Below, piece after piece: positions 1-14,573 of a stretch of DNA of 64,000 nucleotides. Positions within the stretch are counted from its first letter, which is position 1, and the number at the start of each line of letters is the position of its first letter. A program made the translations under genes and the position numbers. Source of the DNA: Moniliella sp. 'wahieum' (lineage: Eukaryota); the NCBI GenBank assembly GCA_003971905.1, contig RSEE01000009.1, positions 310,001-374,000 of the forward strand. Reading direction: 5' to 3'. The notes under the pieces are model-generated. The model did no database searches, had not been told where the DNA came from, and saw only the letters and a program-made list of their open reading frames with translations.

Positions 1-159
1 AGCCAACCAGCTACGCCTACTGAGGAACATCAAGCAGCGAGTCGCCACCAGGGGCTATACAGCTGAGCAAGGAAAACAGGGGAGAAAAACAGAACTCCCA
101 GGCATGAGGAGGAACTGAAGGGACATTGGCCAAAGCACGAGCCACCCGGTGGCTCAACA
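1..159. mobile_element. LTR family B copy, truncated by the window start
   Basis: Near-identical to 46294-46456 (agccaaccag..cgcctactgaggaacatc..gagtcgccaccaggggct..gaggaggaactgaagggacattggccaaagcacgagccacc) and ends with the same terminus CTCAACA at 159. Confidence 0.85.
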
Positions 160-1145
160 GAGCGCATTCCGGCGCTCTGTGGCGGTGGCTGGCTCCCCCA
201 GGCGCGGAGGTGGAGCACTTCCGGCCTCACTAGCCCCGAGGCTCCGCAGGCGCCAAAGACTGGTGGCGCACGCATAGCCACGTAAGCGCGCGTAAGCCCC
301 AGAGACTAATAGTCTTCTCTCCTGTAGCTCTCAGACCTCATCCTGTTTCCCATCACCAACGCCAATCTCGCGCCCGCAAGAGATCGCCTACGCTACTGTC
401 CTATTATACACTTCAGCATCCATTGCGGTCTCCATAGGCGGGTGGATCAGGGCGTCGCTCCAGCTCCACACGCGTCACTCCAACAAGCAAGCGCCGCAGC
501 CCGATCCACACCTTCCACGCCTATATGGCAGGCCAGCGGTGCCGGCCAAGCCTTCTCGCCTTGCGATAGATCAAGCTTCAAGCTTCAGTCGATCACCAGG
601 GGAACGGTTGAAAAGGACTGGATATCTCAACTGGTGTTGGTGTGGTACCGTTTCAGGCCACCCCCCCCGTCCACGTCCATCTTTGGAGAGGCAACAACGA
701 TGTAGTCCAGATTGCTCCGTTGTTCTCCTGATCTAACCTACGGGGCAGGGGCCGGTGACCTGTTGCTAAGCAATGCCAACCCAGCTGGCACGGTCGATGT
801 ACCCTCTGGGACTGCGCTCTGGTGAACCCCTGCAAAAGTCCCCCGAAGAATCGGTGGAACAACATGATTCATGCCCAGCACAGTTCGCCACACCAAAAGA
901 ACCAGGCCCTAGCTCCAGCCGTAGGGAGAGGGATCCAGCAGGACCGTCCATTCCAATGAGGTCATACGAACTCTTCTGCGTTCTGTGCAAGGAGGATGCT
1001 GATGCAAGAAGAGGCAGGTGTGTGCGGGGCATGGGAGGAGAGAGAAAAGATGAGCCGGAGGCAAAGAAGGAGCAGTTGGGAAAAAGGGAGAGCTAGGGAG
1101 TCCAAGACACGTGTTGAGCGAAACTGCCGGCATGCTGCATGGACG

Positions 1146-1815
1146 TTAAAAGTTGATCAGGTCGTTGGTGATCACATACCACGTTCCTGCCGCTGCCGCT
1201 GCCGCGGCAAGGGCGAGAAGGAGGGCAACCAACGGCAGGGACACCTGAGGCATGCGCGAGGTAGATGCCTTGGCTTGTGCGCGCAGCTGGGCATTCTCTG
1301 CTTGCAGCTGCGGGATGGATGGGGACGTCGGGAGCTCCTCCGCTTCTTCCTCGGGCACCACTGCCGAGGTAGGAGGCAAGTAGGCCACGCGCAACTTTTG
1401 CTCGCTAATCTCGGCCTTGTTCACCGACGCCCAAAATTCCGTAGAAGGGAGACTGGTAGCGGTGGGACTGGCAGGCGCGCTCTGTACCAGAAACTTGTCC
1501 CGGCACTTGGCACTGAGCAGCGGTTCCTCCGCCATGGCCTGCAGCATAATCAGTACCTCGGCCGAACCCCCGGCAGGGACAAGCCAGTATTGGGCTTAAC
1601 ACAGTACTGCTTGGGCGCGGTCGTCTTGATTTTGAAAGCGACGGGGTGAGAGTGTGGGTTGGTGATGGTCAACGGTTGAGTGCCCAGGCGGGTCAAGGGG
1701 CGCGGGAAGCCCAGTTGAGAGGGCGGATCGAGTCTGGGAGGTAAGGCGAGTGAGAGGGGCAGGGATGGGAGGGTGCAGGGAGACAAAGGGGAGAAAGGAC
1801 GTACTTGACAGCCAT
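1146..1815 (-). CDS. SCS2: VAMP-associated protein (MSP domain, C-terminal TM anchor), Scs2/VAP family
   Basis: ATG at 1815 (MAVK), then a GTACGT intron, then LDPPSQLGFPRPLT..ITNPHSHPVAFKIKTTAPKQYCVKPNTG..KCRDKFLVQS (MSP signature), a coiled coil and a hydrophobic C-terminus. One frameshift near 1560-1580. Confidence 0.9.
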
Positions 1816-2732
1816 AACGACGATCGAAGGTGGCTGGTGGCAGAGGTGGAGAAGACGGTGGTGGGGCAAGCTTCAAGCGCCTGGCGTTCAACAAAGCTTG
1901 ACAAATTGGCGTGGCGTCCTGTCGCCTTTTGCTGAGAAGGGGTTGAAACCGCTTGGACCGACCAGCCAGCCCCTCTGGCGCTCAGGCGCTCAGGCCGCCG
2001 GGTATCCCTCACTGCCCTACTGCCTGGCAGGCGCACACGACCTAGTCTACATCACAGTGTTCCTCACCAAGGGGCTGTGCCCAGATGTGATCATGTTGGG
2101 CTCGGTTTCAATCGTTCACCTGCTGCTGTTTGGTAGATCGACTGGACGCGCGGGCGAGCCTTCTGGTGCTCCCCCAGGTCCCTTCCCTTTGGGATGGCCC
2201 CGAGGTTGAGGGTCTATGTCGCATTCGGGCCGAGGATTGGTAGCCCCCTGGAAGACACCTGTCCCTGGACCAAGAAAGAGATAGGCACCCTCCAACTGGC
2301 TCAGGTGAGAGCGCTCAGCCAGCCTTCAGTGGCGCATGCGGGGCCGCAGAGTTGAAGCTACTAACCCCCGGGAACGTTTTAGCGATTACTGCCTGACGCT
2401 TCTACACTTTTGCGGTATTTATGTTTTTCCCACTTGGCACCATCTCTCCCTTGCGTCAACCAGCGCGTGAGGGTGCGCTCAGATAGATAGCTGCTGTGGT
2501 GCATCATTGTGTGCAAGGGTTGGGAGAAGCGTAAGGGGGAAGCCCGGTGGCCCCCGAGGGCAGCTATCAATCCTCCAGCCAATGATCATCCATAGCAACA
2601 AACATTGGAAGGAAGGGAGGGGGGAAGGGGCTATCAGTACATGGGGGGGGGGGGGGTAGGAAGGGGTACACTACCCTCCACAGAACAGAGGGGGGAGCAG
2701 GAAGCACGCCGCACTCCGAATCCAATCCCATT

Positions 2733-3516
<784 letters not shown>

Positions 3517-6317
3517 GGTGAACAGTCGTTGCCGGAGGTGGTGGTGGGTGGCGCAAAGGTGGGTCGGTTGTGTGGCAGGAAGCGCGGCCGAGGGGGGCAG
3601 GGGACGAGGGCACCAGGGCTGTGAGCCTGCCGAGCGCCTCGCTCGCTGGCCCCTCGCCGTGCCTTGGGGGGGGGAAACACTGCGCCCTGGCAGACGCACG
3701 GCTGCGCGCCCGGTAGGGTTAGGCGCGCGTGGACGACGTGCCACTCCCGGCCACTCCCCCCGCGGCCCAGGAGCGGGGGAGAGGCACAGCGCCAGCCGAG
3801 ACGGGGCACTGAGGCAATGCCAGGCGCGCGAGATGCATCGCAGAGGGCCGCTCCACCGCCTGAACATTTCATCTTGCACGCGTGGCAGTGACCTATCTTG
3901 CCGCTTGCCTCAGAAGCTCTCGCTAAAAATCTCCATCTCACCCATCTCACCCCCTTTCATCCTGCCCCACCACCCGTTGTGTCTTCGATCCACACGTGTT
4001 CAGCCCGACGAAAGAAAAAAACCGACAGCGGCCGATACATTCGTCCGGTCAACAAAACGGGTATGCCCTTGGGGCGGGAAGAGTGTCGCCTCACCCCCTC
4101 GCCCCACCGCTGTTCCATCCTCCAGACCACAACGTGCTTGGCTTGACGGTCAATCGGGCCAAAGAGATCAGCGTTCATCCGCTCAGCGTAACAGCAATCT
4201 ACAGCGGTGGTTACGCCTCCTCCACAATGGTCCCCAGATCCATCCTCCTGTGGGTTCCATGTGAACTTAGGGCCACCCAAAGGAGCCCTTTAAGGCACGT
4301 CCCTACAGGGGTGTGGTATCAATCATGGTCCACCTCACAGGACGATGTTCCCTGAGGTCCGATGATGCCAAGAGGCTTCACGTGCTGGTAGGGTCAACGC
4401 GGCTGTAGGGCGTGGTTCGCTTGGGTGGTGAGAACCACAACGGGAAGAAAAGGGAGGACAACCCCTATCTTTGGGGATACGAACTGGGAAAGAGTTGGTA
4501 CCAGAAACACATGATAATTTAGGCCCGAAATGGAAGAAGATGCCAAAATACCAAAGCAGAAACCGAGGCACAGGACACGGTAGCGCCACAGAGGATGGAA
4601 AGTGCACGAGTGGAGGGGTTCAGAGAGCAAATGGAGCGGAAAGTGCAGTAGCAAGCCCTGCACTTCACCCGTTAGCCATGCTGCGCATATGTACTAGAGT
4701 CTGCGGGACGGGTAAGTAATAGCGTATGCGCTATACAGCATGCGCGTTACCCTCATTGTGGCCGCGGGTGACCTCGGGGGGGAAACGAGTGTTGCCATGC
4801 CTTCCCGGATGGAATATAGTACACGCATCACATATGTAGGCAAAGCTGATGTGGCCCTTCTCTCGTGCTGGGTCGACTGGTGACAGGAAGACCAATATGT
4901 GGGTGCAGGCGGAGAGGGGAAGGAGAAAAAAATGTTGATATTACATGCGGGGGTGTCGGCTGTCTGATCGTGCTTTCGAGGAGGTGCGGGGGTGGGAGTG
5001 GCCAGGGGCAGCGGCGAGCTCTAGGCAGGTTTACGTGTTTCCTACCAAGTTCCGCATCCATAGCACTGGATCGTGTTTCGACGGGCAGCCAGGTGTGCGA
5101 TAGTTGAACGTTGGGACGTTGATGAGAGACGTGATGTTTTCAAAAGGAAGATATAGGGATCAGTGACTAGTATTATACCCCGGGTGGTACTGGGGACCCA
5201 GCGTGTGGGTTGCACCGAACTGGGATTGCACCGAACCGGAGAAGTTTGTGGGACTGCTGACAACTGGCATGTGCATGAGCACGCGCGCCTCTCTTGGAGC
5301 TTGAAGCTTCAAATTTCAAGCTTCAAGTCTTAAGTGGGGGAGGCGGTTCCCATGGAATTCCGTGGGGACTGGGGTTGAACGTGACGCGTGAACGTTGCAC
5401 ATTGAGACGTTGAGACGTTGTGGGCTGGTGGGGATGTGTGCCTGTGCTGCTGTGTCGATGGGCGCGATGTCGAGGAGCGCGCGCTGAGCTCAGCGCTGAG
5501 GCTGAGCGGCTGAGCGCTGGCTGAGCTCTGGGCGGCTGAGCAGCGGCGCGGGCGCTGGACACTCAGGCTGAGCTCACTAGGCCAAGCCAGCCGCCAGCAA
5601 ATCCTGTGCGTCACATCCGCGTGCGGTGTGCTGCATGTGCTGACGCCTGCTGCCGTGAGCGCGTGAGCCGCACTGGCCCTTCGCCACGTGGGAGTTCGCT
5701 CGGGTCCGCCCGGAACAGGCGGGTGCGCCGCTGCCCCTGTGCGGAGACGGGACCGGCTGGGGCGGGAGACGGGGGCCGGGCAGGCGCGGGGGTGTGTCCA
5801 CGCGGCATGGGGAGGGAGGATTCGATGGGGTAGATGACATGGGTGGCACGGCGGGCTCAGGCTCAGACTGCTCAGGCTGAACTGAGCTCAGCACGGACGC
5901 TGGGCAGCGGCTCACGTCCAGCAGAATGACAAGGCGCTGAGCGCTGCTCCGCGTTGGGTTACACCTTACGAGGCGGGGTGAGGCCGGTGAGGCCGAGGGG
6001 CCAGTGACCGGCGGGGCCTGAGATCAGGCGTGTGAGGCGCATTTCTCCCAGGCGGCAGCCGGCGGCTGTGTGTCTGGTGGGATTGGAAATGGGAGATGGG
6101 ACGCGGGTGGGAGCGCGGGCGCCTCGGCGGCGCAACTGTGTCGAGGGTTGAACTCAAGGTTGAACAACGTCGAGGTTAACACGGGCCCAGGCAGCAGGCG
6201 GCAGCCGAGAGGGCTCGAGCCGCCTGCTGCCTCTCTGATCCGCTGCCTCGTCCGCACAGACCCACGCGCCAGTACATTATCCATCCCCACGGCTGCACCC
6301 GATATCAGCTGTCACAG

Positions 6318-7708
6318 ATGCCCCCTTCTCCCTCCTCCTCCGCCGCCATGCTCCCCTCTCCTGCCCACGCCCAGCCCCCGCTCTACCCCATGCCCCCGGC
6401 CACCCCAGCCGCATCCTCCGCCCCTCGGCCCAGCTGGCTGCGCCGCCCTCTGCCCCTGCTGCCGAACCCAAGGCGCGCAACAACCCGGCCGCAAGCGGGT
6501 GGAAGATGTGCCGGCCAGCAAACGCGCCGCACAAAATCGGGCCTCCCAACGCGCCTATCGCGAACGCCAGCAAGCCCATCTACATCAGCTCGAAACCCAG
6601 GTAAAGACATACGAGACCCAATTTGCCCTCCTCAAGGCACACGTCGACTCGCTGCTCGCCGAGAACGGACGGTTGAAACAGGCCAATGTCGCCCTGCGCA
6701 CCCTTTACAACCACCCGGCCTCCCCTCCCTCGAGCTCCTCGGCCTCCTCGGACCAGCCCGCTGCCCTCCCGCCTGCGCCCGCCTCCCCACACGACGCGTC
6801 CCAAAACCATACCGACAAGCCACCCCCTACTACCCCACCCGCCCGCACCCACCACGACCAATCCTCCCACCCATTCCGATCTCGATGTGCCTCTCGTTCC
6901 TAGCGAGATGCCGCTTTCGGCCCTCGAGGGTCTGTCTCTGCCGCTCACTGCCTTTCCTTCACCCACCTCCCTCGCGCCGTTCTCTTGGACCAAACGGGAC
7001 GCTTCCTCATCGCCCTCGCGCACCCAACGCGAATCTTCTGCGTGTAGTTCCGACGGCCCTGACACTCACCCCCTCCGCCCGGACGCTATGGCAATGCACG
7101 TCCGCTCTCCTCGCTCTCCCTTGCTCCATCCTTGTACGTTCTCCCTGGCCCCCCTCCGTCGCATTGGGCGAGAACAGGATGCCATTCGCCGGGTCCCTGG
7201 CATGGAACTGGAAAAACCAGAGGACAGCCCCCTCCCCCAAGGGGGAGGGGAGGACAAGGGGACGTGCGGCGTATGTGGTGCATCGTCGGTTTGGAGTGTA
7301 TGTACCTGTGCTGGCGAAGACTTGTTCGACTTTGATTCCGTCTCGGAAGAGGAAAGTGGAAGTGGGGAGGGGAGACCGGTGCTCTTGCCTCGCTCGGGCT
7401 CGGGTACGGCGTTGCCCCCTGCCAAGCAGGAGCAGGAGCGGAACAGGGGCAGGAGCGGAAGCAGAAGAGGGAGCGGGAGCAAGAATGGGAGCAGGATCCT
7501 GAATCACTTCGTTCCTTGCCTCCTACAGACTTCCCCGATCCTCCCGAGGAACTCCCGTGTCTTCCCAATCCTCCTATCCCTCTCTTTACCCCGCCGCAAA
7601 CGAATGCGCTTCCCACAAACATCTTCGCTCCGAAGCCGATCCGTGCGATACGGAAACGACGAACGGACCTGCATCCAATCCCCGTCCTTGATCCAGTCGG
7701 CGGCTTAA
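6318..7708 (+). CDS. AP-1-like (Yap/HapX-type) bZIP transcription factor with a distal Cys-rich motif
   Basis: PGRKRVEDVPASKRAAQNRASQRAYRERQQAHLHQLETQV..L..ENGRLKQ (Yap-type basic region plus zipper, about 6480-6700). After a frameshift, CGVCGASSVWSVCTC at about 7265-7310. Confidence 0.85.
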
Positions 7709-9289
7709 CCGGGAGACTGGTCCTCCTTATGGTCTGACCTTTTCTCTGGACCCCTTGGTGTCTCCTGCCCTTGACCTTCAAGACGTCATCCCTCGTCTTT
7801 CCTCGACCCTCGAGCCGTTGCTTTTCACATTAATCCTTTCTTTCCCTCTTCGGTTTCCTCGTCCATTCTTTCTTGCGTTTTTCCCCTTCTTGCCCCCTTT
7901 CGCCTTTCGTCTTGTATGATCGAACTCTATCATTTCCCCGCCTCGCTTTACCCCCCCCCTCTCCTCCTCCCGCCGCGTCTCTTCCCAAAAGAAAAACGGT
8001 GCGCCTCGATCTCATCTGTACTGCCACATGACCAAAATGACCGATATCTTCCTATTGCCACCAATGCTCTTGCGTACGCCTCCCCAACGACCGCTTTCGA
8101 CTCTTGACTTCACGGGGTTTCGGCTGGGTAGCGAGGGGAAACAACTGGCCCAATAAAATAGAAGGAATCTGTAGCCCAATGAGAACCGAGAGGGGGGGAG
8201 CTCTCCTCGTACAGACCTTCCTTCATTCTGTGACAACTTGCGTCCGACTCCCCCATTCCTCCCCCAATCCAAGTACGCAGCACCCCACTACTCGGCTCAC
8301 CGGCAACCTGAATGGAACTATGTTTTGGTATAGACCAAAACGGGCAGGCTCCTCTCGGTACCACCTTCCCCCGGGCTTTATGTTCTCAGTGGGGGGTCTT
8401 TTATTTTCGCCAGACCTCCCATCACACACATTTCCTTCCACCTTCAAGCTTCAGGTCGCAGGTTGGTCCATTCTACTATGGGTCGAGGTTACCTAAACGG
8501 ATTCGAGAGGCTGTCAAGAATGGTTAATGCGGCTTTTGAAAAGCTTGAAGCTTGAAGCTTGACGGGGCAATTGAGCCAGATTGGGCCCCGCCCAAGTTTC
8601 GCAAAGCGATGGATTCAGTAGGTCCTATATAGGTAGGTAGGTACTCGCTGCTCGTTGGATTCAGGGTGTACACAGTCGTGTATTGTGCACCGAGCAGCAG
8701 ACCCATCACCGGGTGGGGCCAGAGGCCACCTTGTCGGATCGACAGGGCAGGCGCAGGCGCAGTGTGGGCAGGACGATGCGGTGAGCGTGGTGCGTGCCAG
8801 GTCAGGTGACCTGTTGCGCATGACATGGATGGAGGATGGATGATCATCGATCACTGTTATCATGCGCTGCAAGGGGGATGCAAGGGCTGCATGCAAGTGC
8901 CCTCTCCTTGTACCGTTCCGACGCGCCGGATATATGCCGACTGCTGCAATGATAGGCGACGATAGGCGACGGCAATGCTAGCCAGGGTGGCACTGCGTTA
9001 GAATCGTCCTGCTGCATCATCATCATGCATCCGCGTCGTCATGCATCCGCGCATCCAGCTCACCTGCCGCCTGGGCAACACGGGCCTGTTCGTGCTGCTT
9101 CGGTCACCGGTCGCCATATATATGTCACCTCTGTCACACTCTCGCCATTCTGAGCTCTTTGATCCTACCGCCGGCCCTCCTCTCCCTCCCGCCCCTTTAG
9201 ACCAAGGCACCCCCCGAGCCCTTCCTCTTCTGGCACCACCACCCCTTGCTCTCCCTTCGCTCCTTCCCCCGCACACACACACACCAACC

Positions 9290-10158
9290 ATGTCCAAGTT
9301 CTTCAAGAAACTGTTTGGCAAGAAGGACAAGAGCACTTCCGGCTCCGCGGCTCCCCCCAGGCCTCGTCCACCACGACCAGCACGCCTGCTACCGCCTCCG
9401 CTCCGGCGAGCAAGTCTGCTGCATCCCCTGCTGCGGCCGGTGCTGGTACTGCCACGTCTGCTTCTGCGGCCAAGACTGAGTCCAAACCGGCCAAGATTGC
9501 CATTATTGGCCACTCGGTACGTGTCGTGAACAGCCCCTCAAAGATAGAAGGTGAACTGACGTGATTCAATGGTCAATGGACAGCTATGGGGCCACATTGA
9601 CGAGCTGGTCAAGGCAGCCGCGGAGGGCGTCAAGTCGACGGGTGCGACGGTTGAGATCTTTAGCTTTGGCGAGACGCTGCCCTCGGACGTGCTTGCCAAG
9701 ATGCACGCGCACAGCCAACAGCCCTACCGTGCCATCACGCCCGACGCGCTGAGGAGTTTGACGGGTACCTTTTGGCGGCCGGCACTCGCTTTGGCGTCTT
9801 CCTTCCCAGGTCGACACGTTCTTTGACCAGACTGGCGGGCTGTGGGCCACGGGCGCCTTGCTGGGCAAATTTGCTGGCTGATTACTTGCACTGCTGGCCA
9901 ACACGGCGGGCAGGAGACGACGTTTGTCACGACGATACCTTGGCTCGTGCACCACGGCATCAACTACGTCCCGACCGGGTACCAGTTTGAAGAACTGTCC
10001 AACACTGACGTTGTCCAGGCGGCACGCCGTGGGGGGCTTCGACGCTGTCCAAGTCCGATGGGTCGCGCCAGGTCAATGCGGACGAGAAGCTGGTGGCGGA
10101 GAAGCAGGGTGCCTACTTTGCCAACATTGTTGGTACGTTCAAGAAAGGATCGGCTTAA
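9290..10158 (+). CDS. PST2: Flavodoxin-like NAD(P)H:quinone oxidoreductase (WrbA/Pst2/Ycp4 family)
   Basis: KIAII..(intron)..GHIDELVKAAAEGV..ETLPSDVLAKMHA..GTRFG..QHGGQETT..WLVHHGINYVPTGY..EKQGAYFANIVGTFKKGSA*, joined across several indels. Confidence 0.9.
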
Positions 10159-11567
10159 CCATCCACTTGTCGCTGGGCATCTGCATTCCCACCCTTCCAC
10201 CCCCCGGTCTTTGTCACCTAGCATCCGTCGTACCCCCTTCAACAGCAAGGCAATCAGGCACGATGCGGGCGTGCTTGTCCGCCGAATCTCGGGCAAGCCC
10301 CCCCGCCTCCCGTTGCCCAAGCCTCGTCTGTCTACTAGATAACCCGTGCAACGGAAGTCACGACTATCTTTCTTACTATCTTTCTGTATGTGCCTCTGCG
10401 CTGTCTGTGTAGGCAGCTTGTGTGGGCATCCATTTCGAGACGCGTATTATGAATACTATCCACTCAGACTTTACTTGCATTCTACTGTAGTGGTGGTGTG
10501 TATTGTACGTCTCCATTACGGTCATCTAGTTAGATCGTTACCGTCACATCAAGGCGACAAATGGCTGAATCGTGTCAAGTAGTCCAACACGAGGACCGGC
10601 GAAAGGAAGGAGAAGCGGTGTACATCATCGTGAATATACCGGATCCTATCGCGCTTTATTCCAGACTCACCTCGGGGCTCAGTCTTGTAACACATTAGTC
10701 GCTTTCTCTTCTTATCGGTGCCCCCTCTCCCCCCATCCTCGCCGCATCTTCTCAATACGAGATCCGTCAAAACCGGGTGGAATTACGTCGCGCCTCCGGG
10801 TGGACTGATCTCAGAAATAACTTATCATGGGTGAAAGCCACTACCTTTTACAGACAATAATACCCCCCATATAAACAGGCAATCAAAAGGGGGCCTTAGG
10901 TGAAGGAAGCAACAAAATAGATCAGTAGCTTGAGCTTACTTGTTTCTCTGGCGCATATTCTGTTAATTATAGGAAGAAATGGAGACATTTCTGGTACTCT
11001 CAGCCAGCGCAAAGGGTCAACAATCCAAACGATTCCGCCGCATTACACGGGCGCGTGGAGAGGTGAGAAGGCTAGTTAAGGATTCGTGAAAACAGGGGTG
11101 AATAGCATTTGGCGCCGGATGGAAAAAGGAGTGTTTCACACGAGGCAGCAGCACAAGAAAAGATGCCAGCAACTCTCTGTTTTGTGACCCCCCCACTCAT
11201 CTTTGCGCAAATTCTCCAAATCATTAGACATTTGAACGGAAAAGCATGCGCATAGTATAGTAGGAGGCCGTCATGCATGCCATCCCGACAATGGCCGAGA
11301 AAAAAAATGAAGGCAAAGCGATTGCTGTGCGTTTCCTTTTGGTGGCGAGTAGGAAAACACGACGCGTGGTGTATCCTGTGGCTCGTGGCACGCGGGGCGC
11401 GCAGCGGCGGCTCCAAATTAAATTGCTTTCAGGACCGATATCACGCATCACCAATCACTGTTCGCCTGCCGTTCACAGCCGCTTTCGGGCGTTGCGCGCA
11501 GCACGTTGGCCCTTGCCACACCACCGCCATTACTACCTTCTGCTCCTTGTTCTTCCTCCTCCAGCCC

Positions 11568-14152
11568 ATGCGCCGCAGCTTTATCTCCGCCGGTCTTGAA
11601 GGGAGATGACGCGGGCGCGCCGCTCTCGTCTGGCCACTCAGGACTCGCCAACGGCGGTGGGTTCGAAGCGTCGTTCGAAGTCAAGCCCTTCCGCCCCCCC
11701 TCGCTCGCCCGTGCCAGTCTACCGGGCAAACGCAAGCGCAAGCGCGTCGATTCGCAATATGGGAGATGGGAAGACGACGGAGAAGCTGAGATGGATGAGG
11801 CAGATGGAAAAGGCACCAAGACTCTGAAGAAGAACATCCCAAGAACGCCGATTGCAGTGGCTACAAGGGTGTCGACGCCACCGGCCGTTCGACAACGCCG
11901 ACACACGCAAGTGGCCCGTTGTACCAGCCCAATCTGATGCGCTCCGCCGTTCCTTTCACATGCCCGTGATGAAGAACAGAAGTGAGGTGAGGTGATTGAG
12001 AACCGATTGTCGCATGCTGCACTTGGCACGCGGCGCGCGATTGAGATCCCGCCTCGACCTTTGCACGACCCATGGGCGCCCATGCCATTGTTCTGTTTGA
12101 CCCTACGACCGATGACCGTGAGTCGATTGAAGCCAAGCGGAGGCTCGAGGCAGATGCGCGAGCCCAAGCGGCCGGCGAAGAAAGTAAGGAAAATATGCCC
12201 CCAGCCCCAGTTCCAATCAAACGAGGACCCCACAAGAGTCTGGCCGACATCCTAGGAATCAAGAGGGAATCCACAAAGGAGGTGGTCAAAGTGCCTGTTG
12301 TCATTGATCCTAGGTTGGGCAAAGTTTGCGGCCCCATCAAGTGGAAGGGGTACGATTCCTTTACCGTTGCTGCACCGGCTTGATGGTGGAGAATGCGTAT
12401 GGGTGCATTATGGCCGATGAGATGGGGCTGGGAAAAACGTTGCAGTGCATTGCTCTGCTTTGGACGTTGTTGCGTCAAAGCCCGATTCCCAACAAGCCTA
12501 CGATCGACAAGGTGATCATCGCTTGTCCTGCCTCGCTCGTTCGCAACTGGGCCAACGAGCTGGTTAAGTGGTTGGGCGAGGCGGCCCCCGGCGTGTTTGC
12601 CTGGACGGTAAATTGAAACAGGACGAACTGGTGGCGAGTGTACGACGTTGGTGCCAGGCCAAGGGCCGCCAAGTCACCACCCCTGTTTGATTGCGTCGTA
12701 CGAGACGCTTCGTAACCTGACCGACACGATTGGGAAACAGAGGTGGGACTGCTCTGTGCGATGAGGGCCACCGCCTCAAGAATTCAGAATCGCTCACCGT
12801 AACCACGTTGGACCGACTCAATGTCAAGCGGCGTGTCATTCTCTCTGGAACCCCGATTCAGAACGACCTAAGCGAGTACTTTAGCTTGCTCAACTTTGCC
12901 AACCCAGACCTTCTCGGTTCTCGCGTCGAGTTTCGCAAAGAATTTTGAGCTGGCCATCCTCAAGGGTCGCGACGCTGGTGCAAGCGACAAGGAGAAAGAG
13001 GAAGGTGATAAAAAGTTGGCGGAGCTTTCGACGCTCGTCTCGCGCTTTATTATTCGTCGTACCAATGACTTGTTAAGCAAGTATCTCCCCGTCAAGTACG
13101 AGCACGTCGTTTTCTGCCGCATGTCGCCCTTCCAGTTGGCGCTCTATCGCCACTTTATCACCAGCCCCGAGATCAAGACCTTGCTGCGTGGACAAGGCTC
13201 TCAACCGCTGAAGGCAATTCAGATCCTGAAAAAGCTATGCAACCATCCTGCTTTGTTGGATCTACCCGCCGAGCTTGAAGGAAGTGAAAAGTGCTTTCCT
13301 GCCGATTACGATCCTCGTGACCGGCGCAAACCGGAGTACAGCGGCAAAATGTTGGTATTGGAGCGCTTTCTCACCTCCATCCGAAACAATACAAACGACA
13401 AGATTGTTCTCATCTCCAACTATACCCAAACGCTGGACGTGTTTGAGAGCATGTGCCGCGCGAAACGCTGGGTCATTTCCGTCTGGATGGCACCATGGCC
13501 GTTCCCAAGCGCCAAAAGCTGGTGGACAAATTCAATGACCCCGAAGGCAAAGAATTTATCTTTCTCTTGTCGTCCAAAGCGGGTGGTTGTGGAATCAACT
13601 TGATTGGGGCCAACCGGCTGGTTCTCTTTGACCCAGACTGGAACCCCGCCTCGGACCAGCAAGCACTCGCTCGGTCTGGCGTGATGATGACAAAAGAAGT
13701 CGTGTTTTGTCTATCGGTTTGTAGGCACAGGTTCGATTGAAGAGAAGATTTTGCAACGGTACGTGGTTGTGCTGGTGCGTACAACAGGACTGACATTGTG
13801 CTCTTTTCTTCTGTATTGGTGGGTTCGGTGGACGACAGCCAGTCGCACAAGCAAACCCTTTCGTCGTGTGTGGTGGACGACGCACAGGATGCAGAGCGCC
13901 ATTTCCGGGGGGAGAGCTGCGGGAGCTGTTTACGTTCAAGGAACACACTTCCTCTGACACTCACGACACGTACAAGTGCAAGCGCTGCCGTGACGGCCGG
14001 CAGCGCATCCGCGCCCCGGCGATGCTCTATGGCGACACGAGTACCTGGAACCACTTTGGGCCGGCCGAGTTCAAGCACCTGCACGACGACCTGCTCCGGG
14101 CAGAGATGCAGCACCCGGAGGTGTCGTTGTCTTCCAATACTGCAGCCACTGA
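11568..14152 (+). CDS. RAD54: SNF2-family DNA repair/recombination ATPase Rad54
   Basis: [137 protein letters not shown]. Intron at about 13759-13838. Confidence 0.96.
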
Positions 14153-14573
14153 GGGAGCAGCCGGACGAGCAGCCGCATGGGGTGGCCACGCAATGGGAGC
14201 GATGTGCAGTGCAAGGCGTTATAGATGCGTGGGACTTGCCTAGGTGTTCCATGTTATAGGCCTTGGGCGTCATAGGGTGAATGGCACGTGATCAGTGTGG
14301 GCATGCGACCTGCCACGGCGACCCCCTTCGCGCCCTTTCGCTTGAAAGTTTCGCCCCGGGACCCAGAAAAAAAAACGGCGGAATGGCGGAAGCGCACGAG
14401 GGGCAGCGCTGGAGTGTGGGCGACGCACACTGGCGCCGTGCGTGGTGCAAAAATCTTCGGCACCACGACCACGCTCGTCTTTCTCTGCTCGGCGTCCGCT
14501 CGCCTGCTCGCCTCCTTTTGCCTCAACCATCGACGCCGCATCCGCATCGCCTGCCTCCTGTGTGCTGCCCAGC

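Noticed and set aside
440..1010. Short ORFs between the first LTR and SCS2
   Set aside because: Interrupted by stops, with no family motif I can recognise.
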